This document shows, in pieces, positions 26,793 to 38,567 of a stretch of DNA of 64,000 nucleotides. A program made the translations under genes and the position numbers. The stretch's first letter is position 1, and each line of letters begins with the position of its first letter. The notes beneath the pieces were generated by a model. The model saw only the letters and a list, made by a program, of their open reading frames with translations. It was not told where the DNA came from and did not search any database. Source of the DNA: Lingula anatina (Eukaryota; Animalia; Brachiopoda); NCBI GenBank assembly GCA_051362555.1, contig CM120642.1, forward strand, positions 23,684,001 through 23,748,000, written 5' to 3'.

Positions 26793-29700
26793 CACATGTA
26801 GGTATCAAAATCAGTTTCCAAGATTGGGAGGGGGAGGGCTTTTCTCTCATATCTCCAAATCAAAATGCCCATTTGTTTAAACTTAATTTTATATTTTAAC
26901 ATGTTTAATGATATATACAGGGTTACTACTTAATATGGAATATTTTTTATCATTGTTATTTTTGAGTGCTGATTAAATATTTTTTGGCTTGATACATCAA
27001 AAAAGTATGTCAATGAGTGACCAAAATATCCAGTCTTCTATTGTGAGATATTTTGGTCATTAATATCAAATCTGACATAAGATGTCATTCAAAAGAAAAG
27101 AACACCCCCAGAAAACCATATCAACAGTTTGATGGCAGTATCAACTTTAAGCTAAGATATTAAAGAAAATGATAGCCTCCGGACAGTGATATGTTACACA
27201 GTCAAAGAAATCATTACACTAAATCAAGAAAAGTCATCAATAGCGGGTATGACCTCGAGCAGCCGCTTGCAGCGCCCTCATCCTACAAGGCATACCCTGT
27301 GATAAGTTTTTTAGAGTTTGGATGCGGATATCATTCCACTCAGTGATATTTGCCTGTCGCAGTTCATCACTATTTACCGGCCGATGACCATAGCTATTAA
27401 TTCTGTTAGTTACTTCCGCCCACAAATTTTCAATTGGGTTAATTTCTGGGGAGTTTGCAGGCCAGGACAGTTGCTGAACCCATTGGTTTTGAAAAAAAAA
27501 AACAGTGATTCTGCGAGCTCGATGTGGGGTTGCGCAGTCGTCTTGGTACACAAAGTTGTTCCTGAAGATGACTCTTACAAATCGAAGCATTGTTTGCTGT
27601 AGAATGTCTCTGTAGGAATCCTGGTTGAGGTTGTCTCCTAGAAAAACCAACTGGTTCTGGGCACCAGCATGAAATGCTCCCCAAACAGAGACGTTACCAC
27701 CCCCTGCTTGCACCCTAGGCAGTACACACTCATCGTTTTATGCCTCTCGAACACGTCGGCGGACACGGATTCGACCGTCAATCCCAAAAAATCCATATCT
27801 GACCTCATCACTGAAAACGACGTGATTCCAGTGTTTTGGCTGCAAACGCACGTGGTCCCCAGCCCATGGCAGGCGTCGCTGTATATGACCTGTCGTTAAC
27901 AGTGGTTTCCCTACTGGTCTTCGTGCTAAATAACCGGTTTGCAGTAATCTCTTTTTCACGAGGGACCTTGAAACGGGCGTGTAAATGACATTCTGCCACT
28001 CTTTTCTGAAGACACTGGTTGTCTTAGTACGACCAGAACGGCGCACTCTAAAGAGAAGGCGATTCTGTCTTCTTTGTGTAATACGCGGATACCCTGGTGG
28101 AGGTATTGGAGTAGGTTCCCCTGTTGTAGCATTTCTTTGGAGGACTTTACTAACGGTTCCTGAAAAATGTTGAATTGTCTGGCAATGGCTGTCCGTTTCT
28201 GGCCATTTTCTCTGAGAGCAAGAATCCTATAGTAAGCTGCGTTGCTTAGCTGTCGAACCATATCTTCTCAAAGGTACCTGTCAAGTTTCAGAGCGATCCC
28301 TTTGTTGCTTCTCTAAATACACTCCAAAGATTGACCAAACCCATGCGTTTTTATACAAGGGCAGAAATTGCCGAAAAGACCACCCCTCACATTTCTGACC
28401 ACAGAACATGCAACTGCATGCATCAATTGTTTCGAGAGTTGTGTGGTAATTAGGTAACACACCTGGCTACACATGGAGTGACACCTCAGTTTTGGATTTA
28501 AAAGAGTAAGAGAGAAAATAAATATTTTGTAGGAAATTTACCAGCCGAAAAATAATATTCCATATTAAGTAGTAACCCTGTAGATTAAAAAAACGTGCAA
28601 AGATAATTTCAAGTAAAAAGTCAGGTAAGTGCGATGCAACCAATAAAACAAAGTTACTGGTTGCAAAATAAAATCTATTTTTATATAACTGTATTTTGAA
28701 ATTGCAATGTAGCATCTAGCACGCATGTGATATTTTGAAGATAAATATTTAGATACTTACTTTGCCTTTTCTAAATGATCACTGTTATTGATATATAAAC
28801 ATTCTGTTTAATATTTTGAAACAGTAGGATGCATCATAAATGCGAGTTAAAAATTTGTCTGATTGTTCAGGCAATATTTTACCAGACTTTCTTGTTGTAT
28901 GTGCAGAGAACACCAGAGTTAAGAGAGTCAAATCCTCTGTAAGCGGCGACCCGTCGGAATATATTCTTACACTGCTTACCAAGGATGAAATCGGTAAGTG
29001 TTTCTTTGGGACATATTTTATCTAATTAATGTGCGTTATATGGCTATCAAGAAAGTGTTTGTTGAATCGTTGCGCATTAGGTTTTCTCATCTTGAAATCA
29101 AACAGTACATCTTTACAATACTTTGAAGTAATTTCTTAAAAATTACTGTGTACCATTTTATCTTATATTGTTGCCAACACTTCAAAAATTCCTCTTAAAT
29201 TGGCAATAACATTGTATATTTCCCAAATAGAAAGACTGAAGACAAAGGCCTTGAAACTGGATGACGACCTTAATGCCTTGAACGACTGGAACTTCATTCA
29301 AGCCTTTGCAGCAAAACGAGAACCAACCCAACGAGAAGAAGAACAAATTTCGCCCCAACAAGTATATGTAATCGTATACGTTCGCACAGAAATGGCGAAG
29401 TATTGTACACGAATACGAGATGTATGGCAAAATTCGGGGTTTGAAAAAGAATTTCCGCATGCAAAGCTCATGCTTTTGGAGTATTTCTCTCCGAGCGGAA
29501 TACATGTCACCGCAGATCCAGAATATAGTCCGAGAAGACAAAAATCAGCTGCTTGGATGAAAAAAATGCATCCCTTAGTGCAAAACTTCTATAAGCATAT
29601 CAGGGACAAGCACAGCAACGTAAGCTATATCACGGCGGATACATCAGTGTATAAGGAAAAAGAAAACAGAATCGAGGAAACTGACTGCATTGTTGTCTAC

Positions 29701-31044
29701 GTCCCGTACAAGGAAATTGTGCCAATTAAAGAACACTTTTTTCCAAAGACTTATAAAGGCCTCCCCGTGGACATTCGACGAGGAGTCTTCGAATTGTTAG
29801 TGAATGAACGTTTCGAGAAGCGATTGAAGACCGGCTGTAGTGTTAGTAAGTTTCATGAGAAAAACGATCATCTTGGGACAATAGGTATGTTTGTAAAATG
29901 TCGCCAAACCAAGGAGGTTGGACTGTTAACTGCATATCATGTTATCACAGGTGACAAAAAAGCAGGAACACTAAGTGATCTAAAAACACCCGCAGAAAAG
30001 AAAGAGATCTTAAAACTTGGTTTACAAGAAGAGCGGGATTCAAATATAGGTTCCAGCATTGCAAACACTGCCAGTATCGCCGAAGCAGCTGGAGGAGTCC
30101 TCCAGGGTGAACCCGCTAGAAACAGTGGTGATGCACGGGGCAACGAAAAAACTGCCCTTATCCATCAGGCATCGTGTATTGATAGAGCAAATGCACAGAG
30201 TGAAAGTAGACTGTGTGCATATGTATTCGATAAGATTTTTTTGGGCAACAAATCCATTCAAGGCATAGAATTCCTAAAGAACATACGAGTGTCATCCACT
30301 TCGGAGGACCCCGAAGTACCTAAAGGCCAAGAACCTGATGAAACTTTTAGTGATGATCAACTGGTTTCTGCAGGTCCTGACCTATCGGTAGGTGTGGACG
30401 CCTTGTTTGCTCCAGTTTTTGCGGATAGAGCTCCCACCGCTGATTTCAAAGACGGTGCAGATGAATTGCCGCGATATAGACTAAACCAACAGCTAAGCTT
30501 CAGAAATGCACAAATTCTCCCTTTAGCAAAATTGTTTGAAAAACCAGGTGCCATAGAAAGTGAAGATGTAATAGTTTACAAAAATGGCTGTACAACAAAC
30601 CTTACCCAAGGCAAAATCAGATTTTTTGGTTCTGTAGCTTTCCCTCATGATCAGAACCTGCTCGTAAGAACGCCTAGACTTTGCGGCTACCTGGGAGATA
30701 TGACATCCGTTGCACTCAATAATCTGTTAGAGGTCGAACGAGTAATAACTGGTGCGGGTCTCAATCGTGCGTTTGCTGATGGAGGGGATTCTGGGTCCAT
30801 TGTTTTCTCAGTGAATTTCCCAAGGGATGACCGAGTTGGCTCAATGAGAGATAACAGCGTTGGTTCAGTGAGCGATGACCGCATAGATATTGTCGGAATG
30901 CTTGTTGGTAGACTCACTAACACTGACATATACGTTGTGACTCCAATAGAAGCAGTTTTTGATGCCCTTGATGTAGAACTACTCAATGATGATGATTATA
31001 ACGAAATTGAAGAATTATGGAGGAACAGGAATATAAACGACTAA
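22422..31044 (+). CDS. NAL1/Ssy5-type trypsin-like (PA clan) serine protease, paralog 1, with micro-exon-encoded N-terminal linker (start codon unresolved)
   Basis: Phase-consistent GT-AG exons 22422-22468, 22834-22912, 23659-23692, 26197-26294, 28907-28993 and terminal exon 29231-31044; all have counterparts in paralog 2. Confidence 0.65.
23789..26020. mobile_element. Putative Kolobok-like non-autonomous element in an intron of paralog 1
   Basis: TTAA|AGGA...TCCT|TTAA; absent at the homologous site in unit B (~42010-42030). Confidence 0.55.
26918..28580 (-). mobile_element. Full-length Tc1-family transposon (1663 bp), TA TSD, 27-bp perfect TIRs
   Basis: TA|CAGGGTTACTACTTAATATGGAATATT ... 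AATATTCCATATTAAGTAGTAACCCTG|TA. Confidence 0.92.
27237..28261 (-). pseudogene. Tc1 transposase, frameshifted (DDE: FSDE..., QDDCATPH, SPEINPIENLW)
   Basis: Three ORF pieces (28261-~28165, ~28165-27738, 27713-27237) give the HTH, RRPVGKPLLT, WNHVVFSDE, GGGNVSVWGAF and WPANSPEINPIENLW; the D-E spacing of 35 probably reflects a poly-T expansion of DD34E. Confidence 0.88.
29231..31044 (+). CDS. Terminal exon of paralog 1: NAL1-like N-domain plus trypsin-like protease domain
   Basis: Open frame of ~604 codons after acceptor CCCAAATAG. Motifs CIVVYVPYK..P.....FPKTYKGLPVDIRRG, GTIGMFV, LLTAYHV (His 29938), GVDA (Asp 30397), YKNGCTTNLTQG, FADGGDSGSIV (Ser 30790), IVGMLVG, VTPIEAV. Confidence 0.88.
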
Positions 31045-31157
31045 AGCCTACAGTACATTTGCCCTTTGTGTCGCACGATGAAACCATAGACAAGACTTTT
31101 TAAATTATTGTTTTTCTTTTTATCAAGAGCTTATAAAATATGTGGGTATTACCTCCA

Positions 31158-31433
31158 ATATTTCTGTGACTGTCAGTCACCATCATCAGGGAGTAAATGA
31201 CTAGGGTCATTTCACCTGGAATGAAAAGCCAGGTCAATTGCCCCTAATCACTGGCCTTGTGTTGTTACTGTTACATCATCCCCCCGGGGCTCCTCTGCAT
31301 CCCTCTGAAGCACCGTGAGGTAGATAGCTGGTAGATCATATCGGGTCTGGTTGTTTGGGCCTGGTTGTTTGGTCCTGATGTGTACAGCTTCTGCTATTTT
31401 TCTTATGATGGTGACTGACAGTCACAGAAATAT
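31158..31433. mobile_element. MITE with 29-bp TIRs
   Basis: ATATTTCTGTGACTGTCAGTCACCATCAT / ATGATGGTGACTGACAGTCACAGAAATAT. Confidence 0.8.
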
Positions 31434-31479
31434 CATACAATAAGTTTTATGTGGATGGAAAACAGTACACCGAACCATA

Positions 31480-33960
31480 CGGACACGCGGATGGACATTT
31501 AAGGGTTTGTTCATGGAACATCCCCAGATGCCTGGTGGAAAAACTTGAATATGGCGAGCTGATTGATTATTTGCTTAATTTTAATTTTGATATTGTGACA
31601 TTAAGTGAATACTGGGTCTCTAGTTATAATTTTGATAACCTCAAGATTAAGGGCTTCTGTGACCCATTTATCATATAAAGGAAAAATCAAAAGGTGGTGG
31701 ACTAGTATTATATTTTTAAAAAACACTTGATAGGCAAGTGTGAAATTGCTAAAAAAAAAAGGTTCCGATACTTTTGTATGGGTTAAATTGAAGTGCCTAG
31801 CTGTGGGTCATTTAAAGGATGATATTTGTTTTTGTTACATATCTCCTGAAAACAAAGTATTACGATGTATACGAAGTGAATATTTTTGATGACTTACAAC
31901 AAGATGTTGGTAAGTACTCTCAAGATGGAAAGGTTATGATAATTGGTGACTTGAACTCCAGAGTATAGGTCTAGAAGCTGACAGAATAGAGTCTGATAAT
32001 TGATAATTTGCTCATATATTAGTGACGATACAATTATACGACCAAGTCATAGTGCAAAAATATTCACCTCTGCAATCAATAATAGACTAATGAAATGGAG
32101 TGCCAACCATGACGTAATATCTGACAGTCAATACGGCTTTAAACCAGGGAGTGGGACACGTAATGCCATTTTTTCCCTGTGCAGAGTAATTGCTGACACC
32201 CTAAGAAGGAAAAAGTGATAATACTGTTGTTTCGTGGATTACGCGAAAGCATTTGATTCAGTCAATATACTTTGTGGAAAACAAATAAAAGAGGGACTTA
32301 CTGGAAAGCTGTTGAAAAAATTGTAAGCTGAATTTAAAGCATATGTGTTAGAAATAAGGGTTCAAATAGCACTTAATTACTTTGATGTTGATATAGGTTT
32401 ACTCCAGGGAGAGGCACTATCACCTCTAATGTATTCTCTTTATGTAAATGACTTTGAGTTATCAGAGAAGTGTAATGGGTTGCAGTTAAGGAAATTGCAT
32501 CTTCATGTATTGTTATATGCAGATGACACTGAATCTGTCACAGAACTCCAAAGTATGTTCGACAAACTCATACTATATTCAGATGATTGGAACTTGACTG
32601 TTAATACGGACAAATCTTATATTGTAGTGTTACGAAATGGTGGCATTGTGGCAGACCATAAAAATTGTCATTATAATGGTAAAAAATTGGAGGTTGTGAA
32701 TCATTTTCTTACCTAGGGCTGGTCATTAATTATAATGGAAAATTCTCCCTCACTAAGAAGTCTATTGCAAGTCAAGGTAGAAAAGCTATGTATGGAGTAA
32801 GAAACTCATGTCGGAACATGAAAATTAATGTTGAAACAGAGATTTTCTTTTTGTCACTTATGTATTATCAATTTTTAACTATGCAAATGAAATATGTGGT
32901 TTTCACAGTCCTCAAGAAATAGAAAAGGTTCACTTGCTTTTTTTTGTAAATTACTACTGGGGATAAACAAAAAAAAAGCCACACCAGCAATGGTATACAG
33001 TACATTGGGTTCGATTGCTTCTGAAACTCAATAGATACATTTGTATTGTGAAATATTGGCTGAAACTCTTGACTGCTGACAATTGCATTTTAAATGGTGT
33101 TTATCTGAATCTTCTTGAGACCTGTAATGACCACGAACATTGGGCTTCAGCAGTAAGAAGATTATTATTATTAAACCATTGTTTTGCTTATGTATGGGAA
33201 GCTCAACATGTCACAAATGAAGCAAAATTTATCGAAGAATTCAAGAGTAGAGTACAGGACAATTTGTTGCAAGAAATAAGGTCAACAATAGATGCATCTT
33301 CAAAATATATTATTTATAGACATTTGGTAGACAATCACAGCCTGCAATTTTACCTGAAGAAAAATTTAACATACAGATATAGACAAACAATTTGTCAATT
33401 AAGAACCTTAAACCATCCTCTAAAGATAGAGAAAGGTAGATATAATAATATCCCTCGTAACCAAAAAATTTGTCATTATTGTTCAAATCATAATGTTGTG
33501 GGAGAGGAGTATCATTTTATCTTTATCTGCGAATTATACCCTAATCTTAAAAGAGATTATATCATACAGTATTACCGGCGAAGATAATCTACTTTCAAAC
33601 AAGTACAGCTATTAAGCACTTATAATGTTACAGACTTAAGAAATCTAGCTAGATTCCTGTGGGCTGCCTGCATGCGTATAGAGGTCATTTTTTAAGTTTT
33701 TGCGTCTATCAAATAATATACATTTATCGATATATACATAAAAACATTCTCGGTAAAAATAATTATGTAATACTTGCCTTACATAGAAAAGCCACACTTT
33801 TGATTTTTTAAATATGTCTGTCTATCCACCATTCTTTAAGTATTTTTATATGTTAACAGTGGTTGCCACCACCACCTACCACAAATGTTACATGTATGTT
33901 TTTTTTGGTTTGTTTTTTGGTTATCAAGTTGATTCGGCAATAAACTGTTCTATTCTATTT
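31480..33960 (+). mobile_element. Degenerate APE-RT non-LTR retrotransposon (RTEX-like), internally deleted
   Basis: Endonuclease motifs VCSWNI, DIVTLSEYW, IIGDLNSR; RT motifs QYGFKPG, FVDYAKAFDSV, GLLQGEALSPLMYSLYVND, LLYADD; C-terminal LKIEKGRY..IPR..KICHYC...EEYHF..C; AATAAA followed by a (TTCTA)n tail. Many stops and frameshifts. Confidence 0.85.
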
Positions 33961-35541
33961 TACTAGTTATCTTCACAAGTCCTACCTTAATTGTCTATCA
34001 AGCTGGAACTTCATTTACCTCTTAATTGGAGGGTTAAGTGCCCGTCAGCTCTCAGGTAGCCTTTGTCTTGAGTGTATCGCTGGCGATATTTATCTCGGGT
34101 AAAAATCTATTTTCAAAGAGCAGCTCCAGCAGCACAGATTTTCAAAATTTCCAGGTACAGCTAAATGTCGACTTACGCAACAGATGAAGGGCAGTTTAAA
34201 TTATATGTGCCAAATATCATAGCTTATATTAGTGCACCAAGAACCAACACTTTTTCCAGAATTGGGGTGCAGGCCGTCCAAGATTGCCATCTGTAATTTC
34301 CTTCAAAATGTCAGGGTGTCCCACTTTTCCAAGTGCCGTGACCGGGGGGAAGGGGGGAGCTCTGTTAGTTTGGAGGGCTAAGCTGAATCAGGTCAAAATT
34401 CATTGAAGCTTTGCAGAAAAAATCTTCTTTTGTTTTTCTGTCTCCTTATTAAGCCCCACATACAGATTTTATCTAGTGCCTCTAGGTCTGCTTGAGCTGT
34501 TCTTTGAAAACAACGCACAGGTAGATTGGATATACTGGTACATTTAGTAACTGGACATGATAACTATAACAAAAAGGGCTTTAGCAGAGTTGGACATCAC
34601 TCCGTTTCAAAAAACACTGGAAAATTAGCCTCCACTAGGGATCCTCGTTGTTACGAAGTTGGACGAAAGACCATCAATCTACTCTGTATGTACAATAGAA
34701 ATTACATTGTCCTCTGAAACACAGATTAGCCACTATCAAAGTTTCTTTTATGTTACAAGACTGAGAAAAGTGTTTCTGTATTCTCAGTTCACCGGCTGCA
34801 GTCTCCCGAGAGAGAACGTCGTCAACTAGAAAAAAGTTATAGATTCAGTAATAACTTTGGATAAAAAAGATGATAAAAACTGTGGTTAAGATATAATATT
34901 TAAAGGATATTTTAAAATTACATTAAGAATTTTAATTATGTAATTTTTTGAAAAGATGCACTTTCAAGTTTGACATTTTTAAACCATCCTTGACACTATT
35001 TTGCGCAAACTGAGTGGCAGTATGTTTCATTCCGCTGGGGCCGATAAAAGTCTTATCGCCATACATGTAGGTTTTTACTGTTTTGACAGTTATTTGTTTT
35101 AAAAGTAGGCGGTCTAAAGAACATATTCAACGAGGGAGAATAAAATGATACTATTTCGAAGAGAAAAACTAAATATATAAAAAATACGACTGTGCATAAG
35201 TTAAAAGCTTACAAGGAATACGTGTCCGAGTGGGCAGCTTCTCCCCAACGTATACTAACTTTCTGTGCTGCAATCCCCTGAACCCGTTTTAATTAAAAGT
35301 TGAAATTTTTCATGTGGACACCCATAGAGATTTGTCCAATCTGGACGTGACTGGGGCACTGCTTACTGTAGCAGTGATGTATTCATTCAAACGATGTGCT
35401 AATTTAAGATGCTTATATTATGAATTGAAGTTCGGGGTCCAATTTGATTAGTACAGGTTGGAGTTAGTCGTAGTATTGTGGCTAGTAAATGGGACGAGTG
35501 TCACCTGTACAAAATAACGGGGAACGGACTACGGCTCCTAG

Positions 35542-36545
35542 AGCCTGGGTCCCAAGTCCACGCACGATTTTTAGGACTTACGTTTTTTTTAGGTTCCTCT
35601 CGTCTGGCTGAGTAGCTGCTAGATCGCAGGGAAGGTTTCAAGCAATTGGTGATTGCAAGGAGTGTGCAAGAAGAAAGTGCGTGGAAAGTACGTGAGAAGC
35701 ACAGCCTCCGCACGTGAGAAATATCTGTTGCGCCTGGCGCGTTTCGCACGTGTCCCGCGTCCCCCGTGCATGCAAAGTACAAGCATCGTGCACTACGTAC
35801 GTTATCCGTGCTAAGATTTCGGGCAACGCAAGGGCAACTCTACAGGACGTAGGACAGTCTTGCTGACTTCGCACGGTTGTTGCTTGTCCTTTGCGCGCGA
35901 GTCTTGCGTGTTGAGATGTTTTTTGGGAAGGGAAAAGAACAGTCCATCTTTGAGGAGATCTTATACCCGTAGCAGCGTTCCAATTGATGCCTTTCTGCTT
36001 GCCTGGCTTATGTCCGGTCCCCCTCTCCCCCTCCTGCTCTTTGTTGTCTTTTTAGGCATTTTTCAAACTTAAAATCCAAGGCTGAAATGATGCTTCTTCG
36101 TGCATGCTCCTCCTTTTAATTTCATGGTCCGTGCGCATGAAGTGACCACTACGCACTCAACATGCACGAGGCCGGTGAGGTCAACACGGTGGGCGCCTGG
36201 AAGTACGGAATGAGCACGGAGTGAGCAAGAAATAAGTACGTGTATCGTGCGGCTTATCCACGTGCATCGCACGCACCGTAGCCACCCAAGCGCAGTGGGG
36301 AAAAGGGGGTTTTCCTCACGTGTCCCGTACGACAGGCGCACGGCAAGCTCCTTTTTTCCATTTTTTTAGATTTCACAGACCGAACGCAGCAGCTGTGATC
36401 ATGTCGAAATTTTTCTACATGCTGTCTGCGCCCTCCAAAAGGTGCACGATGGCCGTGCTCCTCACGAACGAGATCCCACGTTTTCCCCATATTTTTGGCC
36501 GTAGACTACACGTAGTAGTCCGTACGTTGGGTTGGGAACCAGGCT
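35542..36545. mobile_element. GC/CpG-rich ~1-kb Harbinger-like non-autonomous element
   Basis: Imperfect TIR AGCCTGGGTCCCAAGTCCACGCACG / CGTACGTTGGGTTGGGAACCAGGCT, flanked by TAG and TAA; internal direct repeat ~35659-35760 vs 36218-36330; absent in unit A. Confidence 0.55.
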
Positions 36546-38403
36546 TAACTATCATTCCTGTCACGCCGGCGTCGGGTACGAGCGAGTCCCGTGTGGCATA
36601 GGGTCCTGGTCCCAACATTATTTGATTTAATTTGATTTATTTAAGTAGTTTATTTATTTAAGTACTCATGTACTTAATACTATTATTATGGTTATGATGA
36701 TTATGATTGCGATTATTACTATTATAATTATTCTTTGTAATAACCCTATAGTTGTTGTAACTATAGTCGTTGTAACATTTGTACCAGTACTAGACTGATG
36801 GTACTCAAGAGACCAAGGTAATAAATAAATGAAATGAAACGAAATATTTGCACAGGTAAACCCCGTCCTAGATTTTGACCCATTTACGTCACGCTTATCC
36901 GAACCTGTATGAATCTTTGTTGCACTGGCCCTCCTTTTCGGCAAAGTTGAAGAGAGTCCAACGTTTTGGGTTTCGTTTCATGCATTTCGTTGATAGCACT
37001 TAAAACTTCAGTGTCCTTTGTGCGATCATGAAACTGGTCATGTAAAGGGGGTAAAGTGTAAAGGGGGCTTACATTTGTATTGACACAGGAATTTTGGGCC
37101 ACATATCTGAGGTCGTTTTTATAACATAATACTGATAGGTTTTTATTAACATTTTTATTTTTTATTAACATTACCTTTGGTATTAATATAATACCTGTAG
37201 TTATCTTATTTTCTGTCTCGGCGAACAGCTGCTAGGCTATTGTATAAAGATCAATTGTACCCAACTTTTAAAAAAATCTGCTGCATTGCATTGTATCGTA
37301 TTGAAGTGACTCCCATAGACTGTACGCGATTCGTCCCACTGGACCTAAAACAAATAGAACAAGTGGGCGACCTCTGCCTCAGTCAACAAGGTCAGCGGTA
37401 AAGTTACGGTAGTTCAGTTAAGGTATAAGACAGTTACAGGCGACATCCTTATGTAGGGACGTGGAAGGACTTAACACAGCACGTACAGCCACGTCAACGC
37501 CTTAGGAGTATCATTGTATTTACAAGACGTTTTAAGTGCTGCAGAAGGATATGTGCAAGTCGTACTTTTCTACTGAGCTACACGTACAACAGGTGACAGT
37601 ACAAAATTCGAAAATGAAAGAAGGATACAACATAATATAACGAAGATCTGGATAACCTGCCCTCTGATGCGTCGTGGAAAATGTTCACGTGAAGTTTAAG
37701 TAATTGGTACATAGTGCTATTGCTGTTACATTTCTCTGGAAAGAAGGTAAATCCGCTTTATAAATACATATAGCCTGTTGAATGATAAGCCATTTTGACT
37801 TTTTCGTGCCGCCATTGTGTATTAGAGCGTATCAAATTTCTTGGTAACACTTCCTCTTATCAGAAATACTTGCGCCTAGAAATTAATCATTAACCAAAAA
37901 AGTATTTACAGGTCAACTGGACTGCTGCAAGGCAGGAGTTAATTTTTACATCTTTTTTCACATAAGTTGAAGTGAAGATTATATTCATTGTGCAAAAACT
38001 GATTTAGGAATTAATATTTACGGATATTGCTCAACGAACTGTTTTGCGTCAAATGTTTTCAAGAGACCTCGCAACATAGCAAACAAAGCCTCAACATCTA
38101 CAGTTTTGAAAGACCTAGGGTTTTGTGGAGGACGAATTACCTCTGCAATTTTGCCTCACGATCGCAGACAAGTGCCACCACTATTTCTCTAGTGAAGCCA
38201 CCGATGCCTCTGACTTGGCTACAAATAACAGAAATGAAAATTTTAGGATTACCAATGAATGATATATTCACTATAATTTATTGAAAGCCACCAGAGACAA
38301 TCATGTTATCTCACTCTCAGTGTATATTATGTAGCCTAGGCCCACAAGTTTACACCAATATTCTTATAATTAAAACTGGTCGCGTACATTGTATGCCAAG
38401 GAA

Positions 38404-38567
38404 CCCAGCTGTCTCTATTGCAGCAGACCATTCGACTTGTGTACCAATGGCACAGAGCCTCTGATGGTAGAGGTCTCACTGAACCACAAATAAGGTTCTT
38501 CAACCAGGACTTCCTGAATTCAGTTGTACACAGCTCACTTTATCTGCTGCAATAGAGACAATGCGGG
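38404..38567. mobile_element. Small MITE
   Basis: TGTCTCTATTGCAGCAGA / TCTGCTGCAATAGAGACA inverted repeats. Confidence 0.6.

Larger units (their letters stand above)
10245..31105 (+). repeat. Segmental duplication unit A (carries protease paralog 1; inflated by transposon insertions)
   Basis: Collinear with 34525-47230: e.g. 10245-10710 ~ 34525-34935, 11080-12340 ~ 34935-35398, 12480-12820 ~ 37435-37815; exons and introns match through the 3' UTR (CACGATGAAACC at ~31075 and ~47200). Shared (ATT)n and GA microsatellites. Confidence 0.85.

Noticed and set aside
29200-29230. ORF-track starts of the proteases (29200 and 45369)
   Set aside because: Non-ATG starts lying in the intron's pyrimidine tract; the conserved acceptor CCCAAATAG and phase match to the upstream exon indicate spliced genes.
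29231-31044. Recent horizontal transfer or viral origin of the protease exon
   Set aside because: It is spliced to canonical host exons, is surrounded by host-type repeats, and has no viral or bacterial neighbours; any ancient origin needs a phylogeny.
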